The position numbers and the translations under genes were made by a program. Below, piece after piece: positions 8,654 to 19,100 of a stretch of DNA of 48,399 nucleotides. Origin of the DNA: Nanobdellota archaeon (GTDB lineage: Archaea > Nanobdellota > Nanobdellia > Pacearchaeales > GW2011-AR1); NCBI GenBank assembly GCA_038046005.1, contig JBBSXB010000004.1, positions 1 through 48,399 on the forward strand, written 5' to 3'. Below the pieces are notes generated by a model. That model made no database searches, was not told where the DNA came from, and saw only the letters and a program-made list of their open reading frames with translations. Positions within the stretch are counted from its first letter, which is position 1. Every line of letters begins with the position of its first letter.

Positions 8654-8741
8654 CATTCGATCCACAACCCTTAAAAAGTCCAGAGATCAACGACAAATGA
8701 CTAAATTACGCTCGCAGAAAACGGTTCACACGAGGATTCCA
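8654..8741 (+). repeat. Intergenic island repeat, copy C (diverged), next to attR
   Basis: Shares AAAGTCCAG..ATCAACGACAAAT with copy A and TCACACGAGGAT.CCA with the sequence after copy B. Confidence 0.65.
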
Positions 8742-8778
8742 TGAAGGGATGGTCGACGGCTCGCGCATCATACCTTTT

Positions 8779-9489
8779 CTATATCTTGTTCAAATCCACA
8801 CTGGCTTTTGGACCAACTCTTACACCATATCTTTTGTCTATAGAAAATACATGAACATCTTTAGAATGGTCTGTCCCTCTCATTTTCAGAACTTCAATAA
8901 ATCTCCTTCTTCTTCCGCCCGTAGCCAAATAGTAAAGAACAGATACGCTGTCAGCTTCAAATTCAACATAAGAAAGCCCCCTGTCTCTTTGATTTGTCGG
9001 AGAATGTTGCACAGTCAAAAGAGTTGTAACATCCCATTTTCTTATTATGTCAAAAAACCCTAAGATTGCCTGTCTTCTTGATTGTTCATCATCAAACAAA
9101 AGGGAAAAACTCGTGATGCTATCAACTACCATCCTTGTAATTTTGTTTTTCAGGACGGTGGATTCTATAGCTCCGCCACCTTCATCAAGCATCATTTTGA
9201 CTTTTTCAGGAGAATATTCCAAAAAAATGAATTTGCCTGTTTTTTCAGCCTTATTCAAATCCCATCCAATCTTTCTTATATTTTCGTAGAAATCCTCTTT
9301 TTTCTCTTCGAAGGTAACATACAAAACACTCTCTCCTTTTTTAAGCCCCTCAAGCAAAAACTGAATGGCAAAAATAGTTTTTCCACTTCCGCTTCCACCC
9401 GCTATAAGATTTACGGAATTCTTTTCAAAACCCCCCTCAACTAATTGATCATAGCCAGGAACTCCAGTAATAATTTTGTTTTCTGCCAT
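8779..9489 (-). CDS. KaiC-like RecA-superfamily ATPase (single domain)
   Basis: TGVPGYDQLVEGG, Walker A GGSGSGKT, VTFEE, VVDS, EVLKMRGT. Confidence 0.92.
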   Translation of the reverse strand: MAENKIITGVPGYDQLVEGGFEKNSVNLIAGGSGSGKTIFAIQFLLEGLKKGESVLYVTFEEKKEDFYENIRKIGWDLNKAEKTGKFIFLEYSPEKVKMMLDEGGGAIESTVLKNKITRMVVDSITSFSLLFDDEQSRRQAILGFFDIIRKWDVTTLLTVQHSPTNQRDRGLSYVEFEADSVSVLYYLATGGRRRRFIEVLKMRGTDHSKDVHVFSIDKRYGVRVGPKASVDLNKI

Positions 9490-9542
9490 TTGAGTTTTAT
9501 TTTTATTAAAAGAAAATCATACTTTTAAACATTGCTACATTT

Positions 9543-10508
9543 TCAAAATGAACCTCTGATACTTGCCAATATAAATTTAGAAAGTACTACTCTTATTATG
9601 AAAAATAAGAACAAACTAATTCCTACTAATGGGAAAAAATATTTTAGTCCTTCTTTTGAATCGCCTTTCCTTACCAATCCCATGACCATACATGAGATTA
9701 AATCTGAAACCACCATAAATATTATGGAAAAATAAATTACAAAATTTAGGGATATGGAAACTGAATTAAATGACAATGGAAAACTGGATGATGCACTGCT
9801 TAAATGTGGCAGTCGAGACGTTAATTCTATGACTACTTCAACCAAGACGGAGCTTAGCCCGAAAAGGACAGGAGCACCGACACCAACAGCGAAGAATATA
9901 AAAATAACATACATTAAAATTGTGGACCTAGATTTTTTTTCAAGCAATTCTTTTTCTTTCATGTTTCTGGAAGTTTGTTCCAGAAGATCCGAGATATTTC
10001 CTCCAGCTTTCAATCCTGAAATTATGAGCATTACAACTCTAGTAATTTTTTCAGATTCTATTCTTTCACTCATTTTCTTTAGTGCAAATATTATTTCCTG
10101 CCCAGTTGTTATGTCTTTTCCTGTTTTTAGTATTTCTTGGTCAAGAGGATGAAATTCCGGACGAGCCGCAAGCAAAAAGGCTTTGTCAATTGTCATTCCT
10201 GACCTAAGATTGCTGGCCATGAGTGAGATAACTTCTGGGAAAACATTTTCCATTTCTTTTATTCTATTGCTGGCCTTCAGGCTTATATTCATGTAAAAGA
10301 GAATATGGAATAAAATGAATATTAAAGGAATGAAGTAGGCATTTACATTAAAAATAAAAAATATAGTGGAGGTTACAACTGTCAAAATTATTATTAACCA
10401 AAACATGGAGTTGAAATATTTGTCTGGAGGGGTTATTACCCCGGCATTTCTTATGTTTTTTATATATGTTTTTCCAAACTTGCTAGGATATAATTTTAGG
10501 AGGTTCAT
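9543..10508 (-). CDS. Type II secretion F / TadC-like pilus membrane platform protein
   Basis: FPEVISLMASNLRSGMT and GLKAGGNISDLL motifs; multiple TM helices. Confidence 0.9.
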   Translation of the reverse strand: MNLLKLYPSKFGKTYIKNIRNAGVITPPDKYFNSMFWLIIILTVVTSTIFFIFNVNAYFIPLIFILFHILFYMNISLKASNRIKEMENVFPEVISLMASNLRSGMTIDKAFLLAARPEFHPLDQEILKTGKDITTGQEIIFALKKMSERIESEKITRVVMLIISGLKAGGNISDLLEQTSRNMKEKELLEKKSRSTILMYVIFIFFAVGVGAPVLFGLSSVLVEVVIELTSRLPHLSSASSSFPLSFNSVSISLNFVIYFSIIFMVVSDLISCMVMGLVRKGDSKEGLKYFFPLVGISLFLFFIIRVVLSKFILASIRGSF

Positions 10509-11425
10509 AGTAAGCTTGGCCTCCTTGATTTAATCAGTCCATGAAACATTATCTGAATGAACATTACAAATCCGAAAATAAAAAAGAATATCAGATATAT
10601 TATGGTTTTTGAGAAGTTTAGTATGGATGAGATTATTATGACAAAAGTTATCCCAAGTGCAGGCATAATTACTGCCATCAACATGTAAAACATTATTAAA
10701 GGATTCAATTTTCCGCCGTAACTTTGGATCTGGATTGTCTGCTCTTCTATAAGATTGTCAATCCCTTCTTGGATAACTGATGTCAGGTCTGTTCCAGATC
10801 TCATTCCGTTGCTGATTTGCCATAAAACCCTTCTAAAATATTTTGAGGTGTTGAGTTTTGCGTATTTTTCTATAGCTTCTATCTGGGGGATACCTGAATT
10901 AATTTCTCTTGCAATTTTTTTGAATTCATCACTGGCTTCACCATATCCAGATTCTGAAATGTTCATTATTATGTTAAACATTAAAACTCCTGAATTCAAC
11001 TGAACCATCATATCCTGGAGAACTGGAATAAGATTTCTTTCAATGTCTCTTTCTTTGTTTAAGGCAAATATTTTTGGATAATTTATCTGATTCATAAAAA
11101 TTAATCCTGAAATAAGAATCGCTGTTAAAAGACCATAAATGAAAAATGAGCTGTTAGCAACCAAGATGGCGGCTGCTGGAGAAAGATAAGGCATAACCCC
11201 AAGAATAGATGTTATTAAAACAGAAAAAGCCAATAGATTCAGAAAAAAAGCCCTATAACAAATTGCAAGGTATTGTCTTCTGTCCAAATCGATTCCCGAG
11301 CCAGCAAGATAATTATCTAGTTTTGATCTTTTTTGTCTTGTGTACTTCAAAAATCTCTTGCTTCTTCTTTTCAGGATTTCTACGTCAGAAACAGTGAATG
11401 GAATTTTAAATTTCATTTTAAACAA
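10505..11425 (-). CDS. Type II secretion F / TadB-C-like pilus membrane protein
   Basis: EFKKIAREINSG and ISNGMRSGTDL motifs; TM helices; operon position. Confidence 0.9.
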   Translation of the reverse strand: MFKMKFKIPFTVSDVEILKRRSKRFLKYTRQKRSKLDNYLAGSGIDLDRRQYLAICYRAFFLNLLAFSVLITSILGVMPYLSPAAAILVANSSFFIYGLLTAILISGLIFMNQINYPKIFALNKERDIERNLIPVLQDMMVQLNSGVLMFNIIMNISESGYGEASDEFKKIAREINSGIPQIEAIEKYAKLNTSKYFRRVLWQISNGMRSGTDLTSVIQEGIDNLIEEQTIQIQSYGGKLNPLIMFYMLMAVIMPALGITFVIIISSILNFSKTIIYLIFFFIFGFVMFIQIMFHGLIKSRRPSLL

Positions 11426-13379
11426 CTGCCTTTTTTTCCAATATCTCCTCGACTTTGTTATACTTTATTATGTTGTCCAATCTTTCCCGGTCAGTGTAAT
11501 AATAATTCATTAATTTTCCAAATGATTCCAAATCTCTTATTTTATTTTTTATCAGCCAGTCAAATATTGATTTTTTATACCTTAGATTTTGCTCAATCTC
11601 TTTTTCTTCCATTCCCGTATTTCTGCTCAGCTGGTCAAAGAATGCCATGCTTTTGTTGTGAGCTACAAAAATATCTTTGTCTGGCACCCATCTGTAAAGC
11701 AAGTTGGATGTAACATTTTCTTTTCCTATAATAAACTCTCCAAGCTGAGACACTCTCCTTATTCCTCTTCTTCTGTCTCTAAACATTACGACATTGAGAT
11801 GAACACTTGTTAAAAGTAAAGGTGGAATGCTTATTGGAGGGTTTACTAGTCTTCTTATTGTATCGTTAGACGTATCAGCGTGAACTGTTGAATAAACTGA
11901 GTGACCGGTGTGCATTGCCTCAAAAAGAACTTCAGCTTCTTTTTGCCTTCTTATTTCACCAAGTACAATCCTGTCAGGCCTCATTCTAAGAGAGTTCACC
12001 AACAAATCAAGCATTGAAACCTCACCTTTATTCTCGACATTTGAGGTTCTTGTTACTAAAGGACACCAATAAAGAAATTTTGGAAGCATTAATTCTCTTG
12101 TATCTTCTATGCTTATGACTCTATGGTTTGGAGGAATGAACGGCATGCAAGCATTTAGACAGACTGTTTTTCCTGAAGCCGTTCCTCCTGAAAACAGTAT
12201 ATTCATTTCGTATTCTATTCCGAGCCACAAAAGTGCGGCAATTTCTTTGCTTATTGTGTTGTTTTGTATAAGGTCAATAATTGTCCAAGGATCTCTCGAG
12301 AATTTTCTAATTGTTATAGTATTCCCTCTTGTTGCAATAGGATAAAGTACGGCATTTGCCCTGTCTCCTGTAACAATGTGTGCATCTAAAAGAGGATTTA
12401 AGACGCTGATCTGTCTTCCAACCCTTCTAGAAATAATGTTCGCGTAATTTATTACATCGTCCTCTGAGTTTAGAACTATGTTTGTTAAAAGCCAACCGTG
12501 TTTCTTGTGGTACACTCTTATTTCCTTACTGTTAAGAATTACAATTTCCTCCAGGTTAGGATCATTCATCAAAAATTCTATCTTTCCAAGACCCAACATT
12601 TCCTGCATCAATACACCAATAAGGAATTCTTCTGTCGCTTTTGGAATTCCTGGAAGTTTTCCGTTTAATAATCTGCTTGCGTCTTTCATAAACCTTAGTT
12701 TAATTTTCTGCACTGATTTTTGATCTATGATTTCTCCGACGGCAATAGTCGTAACAGCAACTAAATCTTTTCTTATCTCTTCAAGCAGAGCATGAGTGGC
12801 AATGTCAATTTGTGGTATATAAAGCCCATATATCAATCCAAGATCACTCTTCTCTATCCTTATGCCAACTTTAGCCCTATCAATTTCAATCTCATAAACT
12901 TCAAGCTCTTTCCCAGTTGTTTTTTGTATAGTTATCTTAACATCACTAACAGGCCCGGTTGCTTCTGTTTTTTGTATCACTGCAGCAACTTCCTGAGGTT
13001 TTGGGGCTTGGGTTTGGATAATTTGCTGTAAACTTTTTGGCTGGACTAAACTTGTTGTTGTATTAGGAGTGCTAATTTTGGGCTTTAAATCAAAGATAAC
13101 ATTTTTTGTCGTTGACAATGGCGGACTTTTTTCTTCAGGTTTCTTTTGGTAGCCCAACGGAACAAGTCTTGGGAGGGGCTTTCCTGGATGAATTATTTTT
13201 ATCTTTGGAATAATCCCTTTTTTCATTTTTTCATAAATAGAAATAATTTTTGGAATTTTAGCATAAGGGTATCTATTCTTCAACAAAATTTTCCGTATTT
13301 CTTGCGGAGAATATCCTCTATGCATTGCTTCCCTTATCCAATTGACAATTTCTACGCTTTTATGGCTCTTAATTATCAT
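11418..13379 (-). CDS. VirB11/TadA/FlaI-family pilus assembly ATPase with N-terminal extension
   Basis: GGTASGKT, SIEDTREL, LRMRPDRIVLGEIR, AMHTGH..STVHA. Confidence 0.95.
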   Translation of the reverse strand: MIIKSHKSVEIVNWIREAMHRGYSPQEIRKILLKNRYPYAKIPKIISIYEKMKKGIIPKIKIIHPGKPLPRLVPLGYQKKPEEKSPPLSTTKNVIFDLKPKISTPNTTTSLVQPKSLQQIIQTQAPKPQEVAAVIQKTEATGPVSDVKITIQKTTGKELEVYEIEIDRAKVGIRIEKSDLGLIYGLYIPQIDIATHALLEEIRKDLVAVTTIAVGEIIDQKSVQKIKLRFMKDASRLLNGKLPGIPKATEEFLIGVLMQEMLGLGKIEFLMNDPNLEEIVILNSKEIRVYHKKHGWLLTNIVLNSEDDVINYANIISRRVGRQISVLNPLLDAHIVTGDRANAVLYPIATRGNTITIRKFSRDPWTIIDLIQNNTISKEIAALLWLGIEYEMNILFSGGTASGKTVCLNACMPFIPPNHRVISIEDTRELMLPKFLYWCPLVTRTSNVENKGEVSMLDLLVNSLRMRPDRIVLGEIRRQKEAEVLFEAMHTGHSVYSTVHADTSNDTIRRLVNPPISIPPLLLTSVHLNVVMFRDRRRGIRRVSQLGEFIIGKENVTSNLLYRWVPDKDIFVAHNKSMAFFDQLSRNTGMEEKEIEQNLRYKKSIFDWLIKNKIRDLESFGKLMNYYYTDRERLDNIIKYNKVEEILEKKAVV

Positions 13380-13957
13380 TTCTTTTTAACCTCTTTTTTG
13401 GTTTTCTGGTCTTGGTTTTTTTCACCTTTGTTTTCAGTGTCTCCATTTTCTTCAGTCACTGATTCATTGGAAATTTTTTCTTCTGTAACTATCACCTCTG
13501 GATCTGAAAACGCCGGATACTCTATACTTACAAGGTCGTGTTCTTCTAATATTTTTCCCCACTCCAAAGCCTGCTCTTTTGAAATTGAAAAAGCTGTTGC
13601 AATTGTGGATGTGTTCAAGCTTTTTTTGTCTTTAAGCAGGTTGTAAAAAACATCAAAGTTTGTTTCTGCCTTTGATTTTGGAGATGGAATTACAAAATCT
13701 TTTATTTTTTCTTCTTCTTCTTTTCTGTGCTTTAAAAATTTAGTATAAGCAAAAATAACAACAACTAACAAAATAACCCATTGAAGAATGAAAGCAAGTA
13801 AAGTCATGTTGATACCTAGTGGAAGATTTCCTCCTATCACTGCTCCTGAAATAGGAGCCCTTCCAGATTTCTTACTAAAATAAAGAAAAAAATTTAATCC
13901 GAAAAATACTGCAATAAAAACTCCCATTATTACAGGAGTCACCTTCTTTTTTTCCAT
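13376..13957 (-). CDS. Membrane protein with C-terminal HTH-like region, first gene of pilus operon
   Basis: Two TM segments; overlaps the ATPase start. Confidence 0.75.
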   Translation of the reverse strand: MEKKKVTPVIMGVFIAVFFGLNFFLYFSKKSGRAPISGAVIGGNLPLGINMTLLAFILQWVILLVVVIFAYTKFLKHRKEEEEKIKDFVIPSPKSKAETNFDVFYNLLKDKKSLNTSTIATAFSISKEQALEWGKILEEHDLVSIEYPAFSDPEVIVTEEKISNESVTEENGDTENKGEKNQDQKTKKEVKKK

Positions 13958-14024
13958 ATCAAAAATGTTTATATAGTTATTTCATTTTAAAAGGAGAAGA
14001 GTTATATAAATCTTACGAATATAT

Positions 14025-14435
14025 ATGAAAGAAAAAAGAGGGCAGGTTGGGACGGAGTATATGATTATTGTTGGATTTGTTACGATAGCAATAACCTCAA
14101 TATTAGTTTTATCTTTATTTTATTCCAATCAGATAAAAGACAGACTTAGAGCCAACAATATTGAAACTTTTGCGGTTCAGCTTATTGATTCTGCAGAGAC
14201 GGTGTTTTTTTCAGGAGAGCCAAGTAAATCAACTGTCAGACTTTATCTTCCTGAAAATGTCATCAATGTTAATATAACACAGTATGAAGTTACCATATCA
14301 AGTTTATCTAGCGGTGGAACACTGAATATAAGAAGTTTTGAAAGCAAAGTTCCACTTAGCGGAGTTATTAATGGTGCAGAAGGAACGAAAGACATTATTC
14401 TTCAAGCAACTTCCACTTATGTGCAGATAAATTAG
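14025..14435 (+). CDS. Pilin-like protein, class III signal peptide
   Basis: KRG/QVGTEY followed by a hydrophobic helix. Confidence 0.85.
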   Translation: MKEKRGQVGTEYMIIVGFVTIAITSILVLSLFYSNQIKDRLRANNIETFAVQLIDSAETVFFSGEPSKSTVRLYLPENVINVNITQYEVTISSLSSGGTLNIRSFESKVPLSGVINGAEGTKDIILQATSTYVQIN

Positions 14436-14437
14436 TT

Positions 14438-15067
14438 TTAATTACAAATTTTTTGTGAGGGAATACTTACTACATTGTAAAAGCAGTTTATATCTTTGTT
14501 TGCTGTCCCATCAACTCCGGCACTTTGAACTCTTGCGTAATCTTGCATTGGAGCATAATCTTGAGGTCCTAAATTAAATGTGAAATCGGCTTTTTTAATT
14601 GAATCACTTATACTTTTCCCATCCTCAACAAAAGATAATTCTACAACAAAAGTTCCAGATATTGAAAAATCATTGTTATGTATTTCTGAAGAACAAGTGA
14701 CTGTTTTGTCTGTGCATATTGCCCCATCGTAGGAATTGCAGTTATATTCCCTGTTTATGTTTATTATAGAATGGTAAGCGGATATTGTATTACAGCTTTG
14801 GCCAGATGATGAATCTCCACTTCCACCACCTCCGGCACCATCGCTTGAACCAGATACGCTATTTTCTGGAACTTCCTCTCCATTTATTATGGTAGTACCA
14901 TTATTTCCAGAATTGCCCGTGCTTATAACTACCAATTTATTTACGATTTTTGTTATTGGATTTTGAGGGTCTTTTAGAATGAATATTAAAGAGATGGCTA
15001 TCCCTACCACTAGGACAGCAATGGAAATAATCAAGAATAATTTTGGACTTCCTCTTTTATTCTTCAT
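14438..15067 (-). CDS. Membrane-anchored Cys-containing surface protein
   Basis: Probable start MKNKRGS.., one TM, Gly/Ser linker, six Cys; start chosen by inference. Confidence 0.65.
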   Translation of the reverse strand: MKNKRGSPKLFLIISIAVLVVGIAISLIFILKDPQNPITKIVNKLVVISTGNSGNNGTTIINGEEVPENSVSGSSDGAGGGGSGDSSSGQSCNTISAYHSIININREYNCNSYDGAICTDKTVTCSSEIHNNDFSISGTFVVELSFVEDGKSISDSIKKADFTFNLGPQDYAPMQDYARVQSAGVDGTANKDINCFYNVVSIPSQKICN

Positions 15068-15151
15068 GTAGGATTTAATTAATAGATATATATAAAGATA
15101 ATGATTTATCACTACACAAAATTTTAAATATCAACTATGTGTGTTATTTTT

Positions 15152-15225
15152 GTAGAAGGCGAGGCTCCGGCTTCGTTCGGGGGCTTAAGCAACCGATAGA
15201 TCATCTTAGGATGATTTACTTCTAC
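15152..15225 (+). ncRNA. Candidate structured small RNA
   Basis: Closing stem GTAGAAG/CTTCTAC, GC-rich internal hairpin, and ATCATC-TTAG-GATGAT hairpin; TTTTAAATA box about 22 nt upstream. Confidence 0.4.
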
Positions 15226-15353
15226 GTAAATTATAAAGATAATTTTATATATCTGTTTTTCTATTAGAATACACCAAAAATATTGTCGAAAATTTATTTT
15301 TTTTATAATTAAAAGAGGGTTTGCTATATTTCAGCTAAAATAAAAAGAGGAAC

Positions 15354-15743
15354 ATGTTCATAAAAAAAGCGCAGGGAGTCATAGAATTTATAATCTTATT
15401 CGGGGCAGCACTTTTGTTTTTTGTAGTCATAATTGCCACGATACAGGAAAGCCAGTCTCAAAAAAATAAAGAAAAAGAAAGATTGGTGGCACAAAATGTT
15501 GCATTGGACATCCAAGATGAAATAAACCTTGCAGCCGGATCTTCAGAGGGATATGAAAGGAATTTTACAACACCAGAAAATATAATGGGATTAGATTATG
15601 ACATAAATGTTTCCCAAGGGTATATTTTTCTTATTCTTGGAGACTATGTTGTGGATTACAATGTTGTTCAGGTTGTGGGACAAATACAAAAAGGAAATAA
15701 TTTAATAAAAAAAGAAAATGGAACAGTCTACCTTAATCCTTAA
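15354..15743 (+). CDS. Minor pilin-like protein
   Basis: KKA/QGVIEF class III signal. Confidence 0.85.
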   Translation: MFIKKAQGVIEFIILFGAALLFFVVIIATIQESQSQKNKEKERLVAQNVALDIQDEINLAAGSSEGYERNFTTPENIMGLDYDINVSQGYIFLILGDYVVDYNVVQVVGQIQKGNNLIKKENGTVYLNP

Positions 15744-16185
15744 CAAAAAAAATAAATTGGGGCAAGTATGGAGTTTGGACATAATCATAGCTGGGATAAT
15801 AATCACTACAGGGATTATAATACTTTATATTTATGCAATAAACTATACTAATCAGTCTCAGGAAAATTTAGATTACTTATTTTATGAAGGCAATTTGGCT
15901 TCACAATTAATTTTAAGCGAGGAGAGTTTTGGGGTATTTGATGAAACTGGCCAAATAAATCAATCAAAGTTGGATGATTACTACTATAATTATGACTCTA
16001 AAAAAAATGTTTTAGGAATAACAAAAGATTTCTATTTTGAGTTAGACAATATAACTGAAGCTAATGGCACTACTGTTTCTTACATAGGGAAAAAAAGCTC
16101 TACGACAAGCAATTCTATCAAAATAACCAGAATTGCAATTTATAAAAATCAGCCAATTAAATTTGATTTGTATGTCTGGGATTGA
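15718..16185 (+). CDS. Minor pilin-like protein
   Basis: KLG/QVWSLD class III-like signal. Confidence 0.8.
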   Translation: MEQSTLILNKKNKLGQVWSLDIIIAGIIITTGIIILYIYAINYTNQSQENLDYLFYEGNLASQLILSEESFGVFDETGQINQSKLDDYYYNYDSKKNVLGITKDFYFELDNITEANGTTVSYIGKKSSTTSNSIKITRIAIYKNQPIKFDLYVWD

Positions 16186-19100
16186 TCATGGGGAAAAGCG
16201 CAAGGTTTCGCAAAGGAAAATTTTTAATAAAAAATCGGAAAGGTTATTTTTTCAGTGCTGACGCATTTATAGCATTGTTGCTAATTCTGGGTGTCGTACT
16301 TTTTATAAAACCAGTACAAAAAAATACTCATTTTGAATCAAATATTGATGCAGACCTGATTAATGTGCTGTCCGATTTGAAGATAGGAGACATCAACAAC
16401 GTTTATGTAAAACAATTAATAGCAAGCGGAAATATAACCAATATCAACCAGTCAGTGCTGGATCAGATAGGAGAATTTTATGCTCAATCAAGCCCTCTTG
16501 CGGGTTTATTAGCCCAGAATATCCTAGACAATCTTTCTATACAGGAAAATATTGCGCTGTATTTGGACAATCAATTAATCGCAAGCAAAAGTTCGGTTCC
16601 ATATTCTAATGCCTCAAAGATTTTTACATCAAGGCAGATAATCAGTGGCATAAACAATGCAAGCGGGGCGGCTACGGGGTATTCGTCCAAAGCTTATCTT
16701 TCATCAAAAAGTTTTACTGAATATTCCTATTTTGGCGGATATATCGGAGACGGAAACTTGTCCTCGACAATATACCGGGATGCCTCTCAGGGAATTTTGG
16801 GAGTTAGTATGGAAGGAGCCTTTTCGGGAAATTTTAGTGTGTCAATAAACAACAATTTCATCTCGTATTACACCCCAACGTCAAACGTGCCTTTCAAGAT
16901 AGACTTAACTCCTTTTATCAGCTATCTTAATGACCCTGCGATATTTTACAATAATATAACATTTAGATCCAGCAATGGTTCTAATTTGTATATTGCTGGA
17001 GGATATATAAAAACAGTTTATGACAAATCTTTTCCCTTGCCGGGAAGCATTAATTATATTCCTGGAGTTAAAGGGCTAATAAACATTTACAGCAGTTTTT
17101 ACATTCCAGGAGCACTTTCAGCTCTGAATGTTTATCTGAAATATAACAGCAGCTACGATGTTTTTATGACAATTGGAAATAAAGAAATTTACAGGGGCAA
17201 TAGCAGCGGCAGCCCGACAACTGTCTTTATAGACAACTCGGTTTTGTCTACCTTGCTAAACTATACTAACCTAAGTAAAAAAACAATTCCATTCAGAATA
17301 GGTTTGGATAATGTTTCTTATACAAATAATCAAACTACGAACGTTGATGCAATATCTGTAAGTGATCTGAGTGGAAGTATGGGTGGGAATCCTATGACAC
17401 AATCGAAACAAGCAAACATAGCATTGATTAATGGAATATTAAATTCCAGCGGAAATAAAATTGGATTAGTTGGATTTGAAGACACTGCAAGGATAACTGA
17501 CTTTCATAATATCTCAAATTATACAAACTCATTGCAGGTTGTTGTAAATAACTCTTGGGACGCCGCAGGACACACATGCATATGTTGTGGAATAAACAAG
17601 GCAGTCGCAGAATTCTTAGGAGATAGGCTTATAGATTATTACACTTTGAATGGGGATAGTCTTGACAAATCTGGATATTCACACACAGCAAATCTTATTA
17701 ATGGGCCTACATATGCCTCAGGGATTAACGGGAGTGCGCTAAGCTTTAACGGAAACAATCAATATTTGAACGCATTTGGCGTTCCAGAAGTTACTGAAGG
17801 AGGAACAATTTCCTTTTGGTTTAAGCTAAACAGGCCATTCAATTCAAGCGTCACAACAACACAAGGTTTATGGTCAAAGTATGTTGATAGCAGTAACAAT
17901 GCCTTTATCGCTTTGAAGGGAACTGACATGCTTAATCCACCTTCTCCAGGAGCAAGAGGGTCTATCCAAGCAAAAATAGAGGGGCCGTATCAGTCGGGAA
18001 CACATAACACCGTTTATGTAAGCACAGCTATGACCTCTTGGCAAAATAACACTTGGTATCATATTGCATTAACTTGGGACGAAACTGGATTAAAAATTTA
18101 CGTCAATGGGTTTTTAAATGGAAGTACAGCAACGAGCGCTGGTATAGGATATACAAGTGGAGATAATTATTTTGGAAGATCAAGAGTTCCTAACGAAGAT
18201 ATGAACAATCCTAGAGACAAATACCTTAATGGAAGTATGGATGAGATAAGAATGTACAATTACGCTTTGAATCAAACGTCAATACGGGGGTTGGTTGTTA
18301 ATCCGGCTGTTTGTGGAAACAATGTTACTGAAGTTGGAGAAGTTTGCGAGGTGAATGTGAGCAGAAGATGCAGCATTTCTGGAAAAATGGGAATACAGTT
18401 TTGTAACAATCAATGCAGTGGTTTTGATGTGTGTATGCAGGAAAGTAATAATAGATTCAGGACAATGATAGTGATGACTGATGGAGTGGCGAATAGAAAT
18501 TGCCCACTACAAGGCGTAACACCTGACCTTAATGGTAACGGTGTTAGCGATGATCTTGGTGGGGATGATGCAGTTCAAGCAGCATGTGATGCCTTTAACA
18601 ATTATAGCATAAGAACTTATTCTGTTGCGTTTGGAAGTGGTGCAGATACAAATACAACAAATGCCATAGCAAGCTGCGGCATGGGCAATGCTTATGTTGG
18701 AGACGTCAATAACATAATAAGCATATACACAAATATTTCACAACAAATAATCCAGGCAGCTTACAGCGAGCAGACAGTTGTAGGTGTGGGAAATATTTCA
18801 ACAGAACTTTATCCTGATTCTTATATTGTGGCCAGTTATAATTATGCTGTTCCTTCAGGACTTCTAATCACTTCAGAAACTCCAATATTTGGAAATAATG
18901 TCTCCAACGGAACTCTCTATATTCCAAATGACACGCAAATATACAGTGCAAGAGTTGTCTCATATTCAGGGTCAAAATGGACAAGTGTGGTTGATATTTA
19001 TAACAGTACAAGCGGGGCATACGATAAAGTTTTCGATCTTTCGGATTACAACTCCAGCTTTATCAGTTTAGGTGATCCTTATGCTATTGACATTCCCCCA

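Larger units (their letters stand above)
1345..8768. mobile_element. Degenerate integrated island at tRNA-Gly 3' end
   Basis: CGGCTCGCGCAT occurs at 1345..1356 (tRNA 3' end) and again at 8757..8768. An integrase-like remnant lies next to the tRNA, and the cargo is accessory (TA-like modules, sigma-like gene). Confidence 0.7.

Noticed and set aside
5493-8741. Island repeats as a CRISPR array
   Set aside because: Units are about 70-90 bp, diverged, separated by whole genes, and no cas genes are present.
8749-13646. Many plus-strand ORFs opposite the pilus operon, and similar short antisense ORFs elsewhere
   Set aside because: Antisense shadows of well-supported genes with no recognisable motifs.
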